Shown: positions 20,202 to 30,734 of the stretch, piece after piece
How the letters are laid out: every line of letters starts with the position of its first letter
How positions within the stretch are numbered: the stretch's first letter is position 1
Source of the DNA: Nitrospirota bacterium
GTDB taxonomy: Bacteria; Nitrospirota; UBA9217
Assembly: GCA_963790205.1 (NCBI GenBank)
Contig: CAWBNQ010000005.1
Span: 471,368 to 535,367, forward strand
Length of the DNA: 64,000 nt
Direction of reading: 5' to 3'
Notes under the pieces: model-generated
What the model was told of the DNA's origin: nothing
What the model saw: only the letters and a program-made list of their open reading frames with translations
The model's database searches: none
Program-made: the position numbers and the translations under genes

Positions 20202-20463
20202 GTTCTTTGAAAATCATGCTCGGTCTGAAACTGACAACTTTCCTCGGGGTGATCTCTATCTCCTGGCCCGTCTTGGGATTGCGGCCTTTTCTCGAGTTTT
20301 TCTTCCTGACCACGAAGTTTCCGAAACCGGAAAGTTTGACGGTTTCACCCTGTCTCAGTGTCTCTTTGATTAAATCCAGAATCATCTCTACCAGCTCTTC
20401 TGCATCCTGCTTCGGAAGGCCAACCTTGTCGAAAACTTCCGAGATGATATCTGCTTTAGTCAT
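20170..20463 (-). CDS. ihfA: Integration host factor subunit alpha
   Basis: MTKADI, VKLSGFGNF, GRNPKTG, VVSFRPS. Confidence 0.93.
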   Translation of the reverse strand: MTKADIISEVFDKVGLPKQDAEELVEMILDLIKETLRQGETVKLSGFGNFVVRKKNSRKGRNPKTGQEIEITPRKVVSFRPSMIFKEHVIETPTATE

Positions 20464-20685
20464 AGACACCTCCTCTACGTTGCATACTATAGAGCATAAG
20501 CACTTCCCATGTCAAGGCAAATTTCTTCTATGCCCCTGAAATCACGATGATATATATTATCGAGAACCATTGATGATAATCAAAGGACATATTTGACAAT
20601 AACCCGTTTTACGGTTACCATTACGAAAGAATTTTGCATGACCATACGACTAGTGGCCCGGAGAAAAGTTCCTCCTGTGCCGGTT

Positions 20686-22137
20686 ATGATACAAAAACTG
20701 ATCAAACTGACAATCCTTATCTGCTGGCTCGTGATGCTCGGTCTGCTTGTCGAGCGCACGTACCTCCGGCCCTCAACGGTTATTGCGCTCGACGTGATTA
20801 CCGAGGAAGGCGTGCGCACCGGGGACGAATGGGCCGGGATCTACCAGCAAGGCCGGAAGATCGGATACGCGCATAGCAGCGTGATGCGCGAAGCGGACAC
20901 CTACCACCTTCTGGAAGAGTCCGAACTCGACCTTCTCGTCCTGGGCTCGGTGCAGCATGTCAAGACGGTCACCAACAGCTATACGACTAAAAACTTTCTG
21001 TTGAAGTACTTCAACTTCAGCATGCAGTCCGCGACGAGTTCCATGGAGATCAAGGGTGCGGTGATCGGCAACAAGCTCGTCCTGGATATCCTTACCGCGG
21101 GGCAGACGCGAAAGGAGCGCATACCGCTGAAGGAGCCTCCTTATCTTGCGCCGAACATCAAGCCCGCCCTCGTCCTGCTCGGTCTGGAGCCGGGCAGGAA
21201 ATACCGTTTCCCCCTGTTCAATCCCGCTACGATGAGCACGGAAGATGCCACCGTATCCGTGGAGGCAAAGGAACACATCAAGGTCGGCGATTCGGAACAA
21301 ACCGTCTATAAATTGAAGGAAACTTTTCAGGGCCTGGAGGCCTTTTCCTGGATCACGGAAGACGGGGACACGATCAAGGAAGAAAGTCCCCTCGGTTACG
21401 TGCTTTTGAAGGAGACCATGGTTGAGGCCATGAAGCGCGATAAGCGGGGCCCCGCCGTGGACATCATTTCTCTCGTAATGATCCCATCAAACCACATCGA
21501 CAACTCCGCCCAGACACGATACCTCAAAGCGAAGCTCACGGGCGCGCCGATGCAGACATTCGATCTTGACGGGGATCGACAGGCTTATAAGGGGAACATC
21601 GTCGAAGTTCGCGTTCATGAGGAGACGGCCTCATACCGTCTGCCCTATGCAGGAAAAGACCGGGATGAATCGCTCCAGCCCACGGCGCTCATCCAAAGCG
21701 ATGACAAGCGGATAAAAGATCAAGCGATCAAGATACTTTCAGGAGAAAAAGATGCGCGAGAGGCGGCGAGGAAGTTGAATGAATGGGTGTACAATGCACT
21801 CGAAAAAAAGCCTGTTGTGAGCATCCCGAGCGCCCTAGAGGTCCTGAACCAGCGCGTGGGTGATTGCAACGAGCACACCACGCTCTATACGGCGCTTGCG
21901 CGCGCTGCCGGCCTGCCGACGCGCATGGCCGCGGGCATCGTGTACCTGCGGAACGGGTTTTATTACCACGCCTGGCCCGAGGTCTGGCTGGGTCAGTGGA
22001 CTGCGGTCGACCCCACGTTCAATCAATTCCCCGCCGATGCCACGCACATCCGGTTGGTCACGGGGAATATCGACAGACAATCCGATATTCTGAAACTCGT
22101 CGGGAAACTGAACGTGGAGGTACTGGAGTACAGATAA
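20686..22137 (+). CDS. Membrane-anchored transglutaminase-like protein
   Basis: GDCNEH...HAWPEV...DPT catalytic triad; N-terminal TM segment. Confidence 0.88.
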   Translation: MIQKLIKLTILICWLVMLGLLVERTYLRPSTVIALDVITEEGVRTGDEWAGIYQQGRKIGYAHSSVMREADTYHLLEESELDLLVLGSVQHVKTVTNSYTTKNFLLKYFNFSMQSATSSMEIKGAVIGNKLVLDILTAGQTRKERIPLKEPPYLAPNIKPALVLLGLEPGRKYRFPLFNPATMSTEDATVSVEAKEHIKVGDSEQTVYKLKETFQGLEAFSWITEDGDTIKEESPLGYVLLKETMVEAMKRDKRGPAVDIISLVMIPSNHIDNSAQTRYLKAKLTGAPMQTFDLDGDRQAYKGNIVEVRVHEETASYRLPYAGKDRDESLQPTALIQSDDKRIKDQAIKILSGEKDAREAARKLNEWVYNALEKKPVVSIPSALEVLNQRVGDCNEHTTLYTALARAAGLPTRMAAGIVYLRNGFYYHAWPEVWLGQWTAVDPTFNQFPADATHIRLVTGNIDRQSDILKLVGKLNVEVLEYR

Positions 22138-22158
22138 AGCGATAAAATGCGGAATTTC

Positions 22159-22217
22159 GTAGGGGCAACCCTTTGTGGTTGCCCTGATTCGGGCCGCCAC
22201 ACAGGGCCGCCCCTACA
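22159..22217. repeat. REP-like palindrome (GTAG family)
   Basis: GTAGGGGCAACCCTTTGTGGTTGCCC...GGGCCGCCACACAGGGCCGCCCCTAC. Confidence 0.75.
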
Positions 22218-22241
22218 TGTTCATCCGTGAATACGCACCCT

Positions 22242-22970
22242 ATGATCAAACTCAACAACCTCAAAAAGCTCTACGGCAAGCTCACAGCCGTGAACGGCAT
22301 CAACCTCGAAGTGGCCCAAGGGGAGGTCTTCGGCTTTCTCGGGCCGAATGGCGCGGGTAAGACCACGACCATTAAGATGATGGCGGGCCTGCTCCAGCCC
22401 ACGAGCGGCAGGGCTCTGATCGGCGGGTATGATGTCCAGCAGGAGCCGCTCAAGGCAAAGTTCATCACCGGTTTCATTCCGGACCGGCCTTTCCTGTACG
22501 AAAAGCTTACGGCAACGGAATTCATGCACTTTGTTGCAAAGCTCTATGATATGAACGATCCGAAGACACGGATCAGCGAACTTCTTGGTCTCTTCGGATT
22601 AAGCGAATGGGCCGATGAACTGGTCGAGAACTTCTCTCACGGCATGAAACAGCGGCTTGTCATGGCCTCCTCCCTGCTCCACAAACCGCAGGTGCTTGTC
22701 GTGGACGAGCCCATGGTAGGCCTTGATCCGCGCGGCGCACGGCTCGTGAAGGACATCTTCAAGGACCTTGCGTCAAACGGCGTGACCATCTTTATGTCCA
22801 CGCACACTCTTGAGATCGTAGAGCAGATGTGCACGCGTGTTGCGATCATTCATAAAGGCGACATCATCGCCGAGGGCAGCGTCGAAGACCTCGGCCGCAT
22901 GGCCCGCATGCCGAACAGCCATCTGGAGTCCATATTCCTCAGGCTGACGGGAGGGGATGAGGCTGTATAA
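22242..22970 (+). CDS. ABC transporter ATP-binding protein
   Basis: GPNGAGKTT, FSHGMKQR, VVDEP. Confidence 0.95.
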   Translation: MIKLNNLKKLYGKLTAVNGINLEVAQGEVFGFLGPNGAGKTTTIKMMAGLLQPTSGRALIGGYDVQQEPLKAKFITGFIPDRPFLYEKLTATEFMHFVAKLYDMNDPKTRISELLGLFGLSEWADELVENFSHGMKQRLVMASSLLHKPQVLVVDEPMVGLDPRGARLVKDIFKDLASNGVTIFMSTHTLEIVEQMCTRVAIIHKGDIIAEGSVEDLGRMARMPNSHLESIFLRLTGGDEAV

Positions 22971-23045
22971 TCAAATACGAGAGCATCAGCGAAAAATATG
23001 AAGCTTCAAACAAAGACCCCTAATCATTTTTCATAAAAAAATCCT

Positions 23046-24734
23046 ATGCTCTTGCTTCTTACCCCGCGATATGATGCAATAAAGAACCGCCTCGCCCGTC
23101 TTGCTCCCGGCGACGGCCTGAAGACGGCGGTGCTGGGCCTGCTTGGCCTCGCTTTCTGGGTCTTCCTGTTCGGCATTTCATTCAGAGTCCTCACCTATTT
23201 CAGGACCATTGAAGGGCTCGGCGATCTGCTGGCGCTCCGGCTGCTGTCGATGATACTGTTGACTTTTTTTTCCATTCTCGTCTTCAGCAATATCGTCACG
23301 TCGCTCTCGACATTCTACCTCTCAGGAGAACTCGAACTCCTGCTTTCCGCGCCGGTTACGCTAGAGAACATCTATCGGGCGAAATTTATCGAGACCATTG
23401 TAGATTCCTCATGGATGACGCTCATCTACGGCCTCCCGGTGTTCATCGCCTATGGCGCGGCGTTCAAGGCCTCGTTCGCGTACTATCTGGGGCTGATTCT
23501 CACGTTCATCCCCTTTTTGATCATCCCGGCCGGCATGGGCATCCTCGTGACCATGCTGCTCGTGAACGCCTTTCCCGCGCGCAGGGCAAAGGACATCCTC
23601 GTGCTCCTGGGCCTTCTGTTCTTCGTTGCCATGTATATCTTGTTTCGGATGCTCCAGCCCGAGAAACTCGTGGACCCCGACACGTTCCCGACGCTGGTGC
23701 AATATCTGACGGCCCTGCGCAGCCCGGTGTCTCCGCTCCTGCCAAGCTCCTGGGCAACGGAGACGCTCTCGCCCCTCCTTCGGGCCGTCAAGGGAGAGAC
23801 ACTGTTCTATCTCCTCATGCTCTGGAGCACCGCCGGCGCAGGTATCGTGATCGGCGAATGGGTCTGCGAAAGGATTTACTACCCGGGCTGGTCACGCTCG
23901 CAGGAAGGCAAAAAATCCCCGATCTCGCGTTCGCGCGCTGCGGACCTATTCTTCAGAGCAATCTCCCTTCCCTTTCAAGGCAAGATGCGCGCTATCGTGC
24001 TGAAGGACGTAAAGCTCTTTTTCCGCGACACGTCCCAGTGGTCCCAGCTCTTTCTTCTGTTTGCGCTTATGGTCGTTTATATCTACAGCTTCAAGCTCCT
24101 GCCTTTGGAACGCGCCGCCATGCCGAGCTTTTATCTCCAGAACCTCATCGCCTTTTTGAACCTCGGCATGGTCGGGTTCGTAACAACGGCCGTTGCCGTC
24201 CGGTTCGTGTTCCCTGCCGTAAGCCTCGAGGGAGCATCGTTCTGGATCATCCGGTCCGCACCGCTTTCGATTCGTGATTTCCTCTGGGCAAAGTTCTGGA
24301 GCAGCCTGCTCCCGCTCCTCGTGCTCGCTGAAGCGCTTATCGTGCTCTCGAACACCCTCCTCAAGGTAACGCCTTTCATGATGGGACTCGGGATCGTCAC
24401 GGTCTTCATGATGACCTTCGGCATTACCTCGCTCGGCGTGGGCCTTGGCGCCATCTTTCCCAAGTTCAAGCACGAGAACGTGGCCCAGATCCCGACGGGC
24501 TTCGGAGGCATTGTCTACATGCTCATGACCATGCTCTTTATCGGCGTTGTGATCATTCTGGAGGCCTGGCCCGCATACCGCATCTTCACGGCCCAGACCT
24601 TCGGAGGACACATCTCTTCATCCGGATGGATTTTGATAGCGGTCTCTTTCCTCCTGGTGACGGCCGTCAATGTTCTGGCGCTGTTTTTACCGATGAATAT
24701 AGGCCTGAAACGTCTTAAACAGCGGGAAATATAG
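23046..24734 (+). CDS. ABC-2-type exporter permease
   Basis: 562-aa polytopic membrane protein directly after the ATPase. Confidence 0.85.
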   Translation: MLLLLTPRYDAIKNRLARLAPGDGLKTAVLGLLGLAFWVFLFGISFRVLTYFRTIEGLGDLLALRLLSMILLTFFSILVFSNIVTSLSTFYLSGELELLLSAPVTLENIYRAKFIETIVDSSWMTLIYGLPVFIAYGAAFKASFAYYLGLILTFIPFLIIPAGMGILVTMLLVNAFPARRAKDILVLLGLLFFVAMYILFRMLQPEKLVDPDTFPTLVQYLTALRSPVSPLLPSSWATETLSPLLRAVKGETLFYLLMLWSTAGAGIVIGEWVCERIYYPGWSRSQEGKKSPISRSRAADLFFRAISLPFQGKMRAIVLKDVKLFFRDTSQWSQLFLLFALMVVYIYSFKLLPLERAAMPSFYLQNLIAFLNLGMVGFVTTAVAVRFVFPAVSLEGASFWIIRSAPLSIRDFLWAKFWSSLLPLLVLAEALIVLSNTLLKVTPFMMGLGIVTVFMMTFGITSLGVGLGAIFPKFKHENVAQIPTGFGGIVYMLMTMLFIGVVIILEAWPAYRIFTAQTFGGHISSSGWILIAVSFLLVTAVNVLALFLPMNIGLKRLKQREI

Positions 24735-24809
24735 CCATTGAGATCCCTGCGGCAAATGAAGGTTCGTATAGGCATCTGCATGGGTTGAAATGATGATCGT
24801 ATTCGCCCT

Positions 24810-24857
24810 CATTCCCCGCAGTTTGCTGCGGGGAATGCACTCACTCCAGAATTCAAA
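24810..24857. repeat. Palindromic mini-element copy
   Basis: CATTCCCCGCAG-tttg-CTGCGGGGAATG plus tail; reverse complement matches 29126-29157. Confidence 0.7.
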
Positions 24858-24859
24858 GA

Positions 24860-24943
24860 CCACAATATATTGTATACGCTATTAAAATAAATACCTTACC
24901 TTGTTATTTTTCACTTTACAAACCCCCTTTCTTATGCTATAAC
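24860..24943 (+). promoter_or_regulatory. smc promoter with candidate tandem NrdR boxes
   Basis: CCACAATATATTGTAT (24860-24875), weaker ATACCTTACCTTGTTA 31 bp later, then TTTACA-17-TATAAC (24915-24943). Confidence 0.55.
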
Positions 24944-25069
24944 CCTGCCAGCATTCTCCAGACCGGGTTTCGAGGCCTCAATCTGCGCAACGTCGTCTTT
25001 CCATTGTTCATCATTGCATCTGTTGGCTTGCGAATTTGAACTCTTGTTTTCCTAATAGTAAGGAGGCCT

Positions 25070-28000
25070 ATGCAGCTTAAAACCCTCGAAATGATCGGCT
25101 TTAAATCCTTCTGTGACAAAACAACGGTCACATTTCAGCCCGGCGTCACTGCCGTGGTGGGGCCGAACGGGTGCGGCAAGAGCAACATCTCCGATGCCAT
25201 CCGCTGGGTACTGGGCGAGCAGAGCGCAAAACATCTCCGCGGGGACAAGATGGAGGATGTGATCTTCAACGGGAGCGAGAGCCGCAAGCCCCTGGGCATG
25301 GCCGAAGTCATCCTCAGGCTTACGAACATCGGAGGAAACCTTTCATCCGAGTTCGGGCAGTACCAGGAGATCGAGATTACCCGCCGGCTTTACCGCTCCG
25401 GAGAGAGCGAATACCTCATCAACAAGATCCCCTGCCGCCTGAAGGACATCCGCGATCTCATGATGGACGCCGGCGTCGGCGCCAAAATTCACGCCATCAT
25501 CGAACAGGACAAAGTGGACCAGATTCTCTCATCCAAACCGCAGGACCGCCGATTCCTGTTCGAGGAAGTAGCCGGCGTGATGAAGTACAAGGCGCGGCGG
25601 CAGGAGGCCCTCTCCAAGCTCGAATCGACCCAACAGAACCAGCTCCGCGTGAACGATATCATCATTGAGGTCAAGCGCCAGGTCAACTCACTCGACCGCC
25701 AGGCAAAAAAAGCGGAGCGCTTCCAGAAGCTCCGGGCCGAAATGAAAGACCTCGACTTTAGGCTTGCCTCGGTCGATTACTCAAACCTCGGCCTCGAATG
25801 GACGACCTCATCCGAAGAGTTCAAAAAACTGGAAGACGAAGTGACGGAACTGCATGCGTCCCTCGGCAGGATCGAGTCGACTATCGAGGAAACCAGGGCC
25901 GACGCCCTGTCCGCTGAACATGAGCTTTCAATGCTCCAGCACAAGATCCACGAGACCGAGACCGCGCTCAGCCGCGCCGAACACCGCGTAGAGATGTCCA
26001 AAAGCCAGATCGCATCGCTCACGGAGCAGCGGGGCCGCGACCTGGCCGACAGGGAATATCTAAAACAGGAAACAACACGGGTGGCCGAGCAGAAGGTGCG
26101 GCATGAGGAAGAATCCCGGGTGCTGTCAGCCTCGATCAATGAGAAGAACACCGTACTCGGTGACCGGGCTGCAACCCTGGAATCCCTCTCGCAGGCGCTC
26201 AAGGAAAAGGAAGCTTCGCTCGAGGAAACGCGAACCGGGATCCTGAACGCAATGACGGCATCAGCGGCGGAGAAAAACACTTTATCCAACCTCCGGTCTC
26301 GCATCTCGCAGATAGACGAACAAGATGAGCGGGGAATGGCGGAAAAGCAGGACCTGGAACGGAAACTCCAGGAAAGCACCGCGCTCCTCGCGGCCAAAGA
26401 GCGCGAGCTTGAAGAAATAACAGCGCGAACAAACGCGGCCCGGGAAGAGCGCATGCAGGTTATGGAGCGGCTGGAGCAGGCGCTCGCGAAGAAAAAGTCG
26501 CTCGAAAACGCAACCAATGAAAGCAGAAACAGGCTCGCCGGCCAGAACTCCCGCCTTCGCTCCCTGATCGAGCTGGAGCAGAGCCTCGAAGGCTATCAAA
26601 AGGGCGTGAGGACCGTCATGTCCGCGCGCAAGGAAGCTTCTGCGGAAGAACACCTGGGGACCATTCATGGGCTCGTTGCGGACATGATCGAGACCGAGCC
26701 GCGGTATGAGGTTGCGATCGAGGCCGTGCTCGGAGACCGGCTCCAGTACGTGGTCGTGGATTCCCAGCATGATTCTCTCAAAGCCATCGACTATCTCAAG
26801 ACCAAAAGCGGCGGACGGAGCACCTTCGTGCCGAAGACCCCGCGCGAAATGAAATCCGAGCCCTTTATAAAGAACGGCCATGCCGGCGTCATCGGCTCTG
26901 CGCTCAACATCGTGCGCTACAAGGACAACTACAGCAGCGTGGCCCAATATCTGCTGGGCGATGTGGTCGTTGTGGACACCATGGATACCGCCCTTTACTT
27001 GTGGCACAAGGAGGGTTTCAACAAGACCGTCGTCACCCTTTCCGGAGAGATCGTCGATCCCTGGGGCGCGGTCACCGGCGGAGCTGTTGAAGCCGTCGGC
27101 ACCGGCATGCTCACCAAGCGTCGCGAGATCAAGGACCTGGAGCACGAAGTGGCCGACCTTACCGTAGCGATCGCGCGGCTCGAAGCGGAGCTCTCGTCGG
27201 CCGACGCCGCGATAGAATCGGACAAAAGGATCGAGGCAGAACTCGCGCAGCAGATCCACCGCATGGAGATCGAGTTCGTCAACAAGGAGAAGGATCGCAC
27301 GACGGTCGGCGACGAAATCGGCCGCGCTCAGGAACGCACCAGGGCCCTCGATACCGAGGCGGCAGAACGCGCATCACAGCGGCGGGAGCTGAATGCAGGG
27401 ATCGAGCGCGCTTCGGAAGTGCTTCACGGGCTGGAGGCCGGACACACGAACGCACAGGCAAATATCGAGTCGCTGCAGGTAGAGCTTTCGCTCAAAAAGG
27501 AAGAGCTGGAGATCGCGCGCGCTGCGATCACCGAGATCCGGATGGAAATCACCGCACTTCAGGAAAAACAGGCTGCGGCCTCCAGAAACGCCGAGACACT
27601 CATCCGTGCCGAATCGGAATTGGGCGAGCGACTTGCGAAACGCGAGTCTGAAATCACCGATATTGCAACGAAGCTGACCGGGCTTGAATCCGCCATCACG
27701 GAAGCCGAGACCGAGATCAGGGGCCATATCGAAATACTCGATGCTGAGCGCCGCGTCCTCGTCTCGAAGCAGGAGGCGCACACGACCAAGACGCACGTGC
27801 TCCATGCTGCCGAGGAACAGGCCCGGCTGATGCATCATGACATTGACGCCGCCCAGAAACGTCTCTCTGCCAATGAGGTCAAACGCACCGAGCTCCGCAT
27901 GAAGATCGAACACTTGAAAGACACCGTGTGGACCACCTATCACACGGAGCTCGAGGCTGTTGTCCAGGAACTGGGGCAATTCGAGATAAACACTCGAGGA

Positions 28001-28652
28001 ATCGAAGGCCCGGCTCGACGAGCTGCGCCAGAAGATAGACCAGATGGGGCCGATCAATGTCGATGCGCTGCAGGAGTACAACGAGCTCAAGGAACGCTAC
28101 GACCTCCTCTCCGCGCAGCAAAACGACATCAACGAGTCGATCAACAACCTCAAGGCGACCATCGCCAAGCTCGACGGCGAGACCAAGGAGCTGTTCAGCG
28201 AGGCCTTTAACGCCATCCAGGAAAAGTTCAAGGAGGTCTTCTCCCTTCTCTTCGAGGGCGGCAGGGCCGAGCTCGTGCTCCTCGATGAATCGAACATCCT
28301 CGAATCGGGCATCGAGATCATCGCCCAGCCCCGGGGCAAGAAGTTTCAGAGCATCACGCTCCTGTCCGGCGGCGAGCGCGCGCTCACGGCCATCGCCCTC
28401 CTCTTCGCGGCCTTCCTGGTAAAGCCAAGCCCCTTCTGCATGCTCGACGAGGTTGACGCCCCGCTCGACGAGGCGAATGTGACGCGCTTCACCCGGCTCA
28501 TCCGTGAGATGAGCAACCGCTCGCAGTTCATCACGATTACGCACAACAAGCGGACCATGGAGATGGCCGACGCGCTCTATGGCATCACCATGGAAGAACC
28601 CGGATGCTCCCGCGTGGTATCGGTCAAGCTGCGGGAGCCGGCCATGGCGTAA
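25070..28652 (+). CDS. smc: Chromosome segregation protein SMC, apparent +1 frameshift at ~27992
   Basis: Walker A GPNGCGKSN, coiled coils and hinge; C-terminal LSGGE/LDEVDAPLD head lies in the next frame and joins as EIN-LEESKARLDELRQKIDQMGPIN. Confidence 0.93.
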
Positions 28653-28722
28653 CCCTCAATTTCCGCTTTCCAGAATGCATGCCCTGTGATATCCTGCTGA
28701 ACATGGCTCCCGTGGCATGTAG

Positions 28723-29400
28723 CATGACGGGAAAGACATTTCCCCTGCTCCTCCTCATTGTCGTTCTCTTGCTCCTGCGGCCTCTAACGCCATACAGTGA
28801 AACGATTGAGGTCGCCTCCGGTAGCGAGCCGCCGCCCCCTGCCGAACAGTTCAAGCGGCTCGAGATCGTGTTCGAACCGATGCTTACTACACGGACCTCG
28901 AACGCATTGTCGCGCTCACAAAAAAGCCGATACCTCACGTGGGGGAAAAAGCCAAAACGGATATTCACGATCGACGGCAGGAGCTTGAATGGAAGAAACT
29001 GAGCTGGAGCTTTCGTATCGGTAAACTTCACGACAACCCGGATATTACGGAAATCGTGTATCTCTCGTTCAGGAGAAGCAGGCTTTATTAAGCCCGGGGA
29101 GCCTTCCCTCTTCAACAACAGCGGCTTTGAATTCTGGAGTAAGCGCATTCCCCGCGGATGCCTATACGAACCTTCATTTGCTGCGGGGCAGCTTCAATAT
29201 CCCTACGACATGGACTGGAAGAATCTCAAGCCCATCAGACACTATTTTTATGTAGATAAAAAATGGCCCTTCGAAAACAAACAGATGGCTTTTTCGCTTG
29301 CCCTGGGATTTGTGTGGGAATCCGCCCATAAATATACCGGAGAACTTGCCTCCCCGGGGAGCAACTTCCAGCTTATTTTAAGACCGAATATCGAGTTCTC
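28723..29400 (+). pseudogene. Decayed gene for an exported, probably outer-membrane protein
   Basis: Signal peptide MTGKTFPLLLL..., fragments in several frames (EIVFEP/DAYYTDL..., NSGFE/YPYDMDW..., FQLILRPNIEF ending in Phe), an internal stop and an insertion. Confidence 0.55.
29131..29196 (+). mobile_element. 66-nt palindromic mini-element (PATE/MITE-like)
   Basis: ATTCTGGAG...CCCCGC...GCGGGGCAGCTTCA; removal gives TTT GAA TAT CCC TAC GAC; a second copy of the left end is at 24825-24857. Confidence 0.6.
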
Positions 29401-29404
29401 AGGA

Positions 29405-30574
29405 TCACTGTTTCCCACCCGCCACGGACAGGACGATTTGTTCCCGGGTGACCGTATCCGGCGAAACCGTACTCACATCGTAACCGGGAGAAGGGAAACC
29501 AGGAGAAGGGAAACCGGGAAGCGCGGTCATATCGCGGACCGCCGATTCCTTGCCCGGTGAACAGACGATCGCCCTGATCTGATCGCCCTGTTTAACGACC
29601 GTGATCTGATCGATCGGCTGATCGGCCTTGTCCGGCACAGCCGCTTCCAGGTGGTTCATTTCCTCCTGCATTTTTTTATCCAGGGTGGTCTGGATGGTCC
29701 AGCCCCCTCGATATATCCTCTCGTCCCCGAACAATCTGACCAGGATCTGTTCAAGGGCATATTGATAGCAGGGTCTCCCATTCGTTGCGTTCAGCACAGA
29801 CAAATCAAATCTGTTTGAATTCTCCTGCCTGAGGGGTAAGGGTGATTTTATGGACGCATCATAGACCTCGGGAGTAATCAGTTTTGCCTGAAGCATATTG
29901 GACAGGACGCGTTCCTGCCGGTCCTTTGCCTTGTCCGGCCTCTTGAAGGGATTGTAGTAACGCGGGTTCGGGAGCATGCCTGCAAGCAAAGCGGCCTCTC
30001 CCGGCGTCAGTTCGCTGGAATGCTTGTCGAAATAGAAACGGCTTGCAGCTTCAATACCGTAGATATTATTTCCCCACTCGACCGCATTCATGTATATTTC
30101 AAGGATCTTCCGCTTCGTCAGCAGTTCTTCCGCCCTCCGTGCCAGGAAATATTCACGGAGTTTGCGGCTGATGGTTTTTTCCTTGGACAGGAGGACGTTC
30201 TTTATCATCTGCTGGGTGATGGTGCTTCCGCCGCGTGCGAACCGCCTTTTCTCCACATCGTGAACGAGCGCGTCCCACGTCGCCTTGTAGTTAACGCCGT
30301 GGTGCTCGAAAAAGGTGTCGTCTTCAGCGGTCACCACTGCCTGGACGACGATCTCGGGAAGAGAGGACACGGGGACCCATATCCTGAATTTACGGTCTGA
30401 GTACTCGGTCAGAATAGTACCGTCCCGATCCAGCACCTCGGAAGCAGCTGCGGGCCGGTAGTGTTTCAGGATTGATACGTCGGGAAGATTGGAAAGGATC
30501 CGGATCACCCAGAGCGTAACTATAAGAACGCAGAGCGCGAAGATGCCGAGCCCCGCTAAAATTACTTTTTTCAT
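29405..30574 (-). CDS. GT51 peptidoglycan transglycosylase lacking a full transpeptidase domain
   Basis: EDDTFFEHHG, GGSTITQQMIKN, RKLRE, KRKILEIYMN. Confidence 0.9.
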   Translation of the reverse strand: MKKVILAGLGIFALCVLIVTLWVIRILSNLPDVSILKHYRPAAASEVLDRDGTILTEYSDRKFRIWVPVSSLPEIVVQAVVTAEDDTFFEHHGVNYKATWDALVHDVEKRRFARGGSTITQQMIKNVLLSKEKTISRKLREYFLARRAEELLTKRKILEIYMNAVEWGNNIYGIEAASRFYFDKHSSELTPGEAALLAGMLPNPRYYNPFKRPDKAKDRQERVLSNMLQAKLITPEVYDASIKSPLPLRQENSNRFDLSVLNATNGRPCYQYALEQILVRLFGDERIYRGGWTIQTTLDKKMQEEMNHLEAAVPDKADQPIDQITVVKQGDQIRAIVCSPGKESAVRDMTALPGFPSPGFPSPGYDVSTVSPDTVTREQIVLSVAGGKQ

Positions 30575-30734
30575 GGCAAGCACTTACCGCAAAGCCACGA
30601 AGACCACGAAGAACTTACAAAAAAAACGAACAACCGGCGGTGTAAAGTCTTTCTTTGTCAGCCTCGCGCGCTTCGTGGTGAAAAAATCCTCGTTATGTGA
30701 ACTGCATCAGCTAAGGAATGTCGACGAATAAGCT

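Noticed and set aside
27985..27995. Programmed frameshift in smc
   Set aside because: No slippery sequence, and two similar +1 lesions elsewhere point to assembly error.
29487..29522. 15-nt tandem repeat (PGFPS) at the transglycosylase C-terminus
   Set aside because: Short in-frame slippage duplication with no sign of function.
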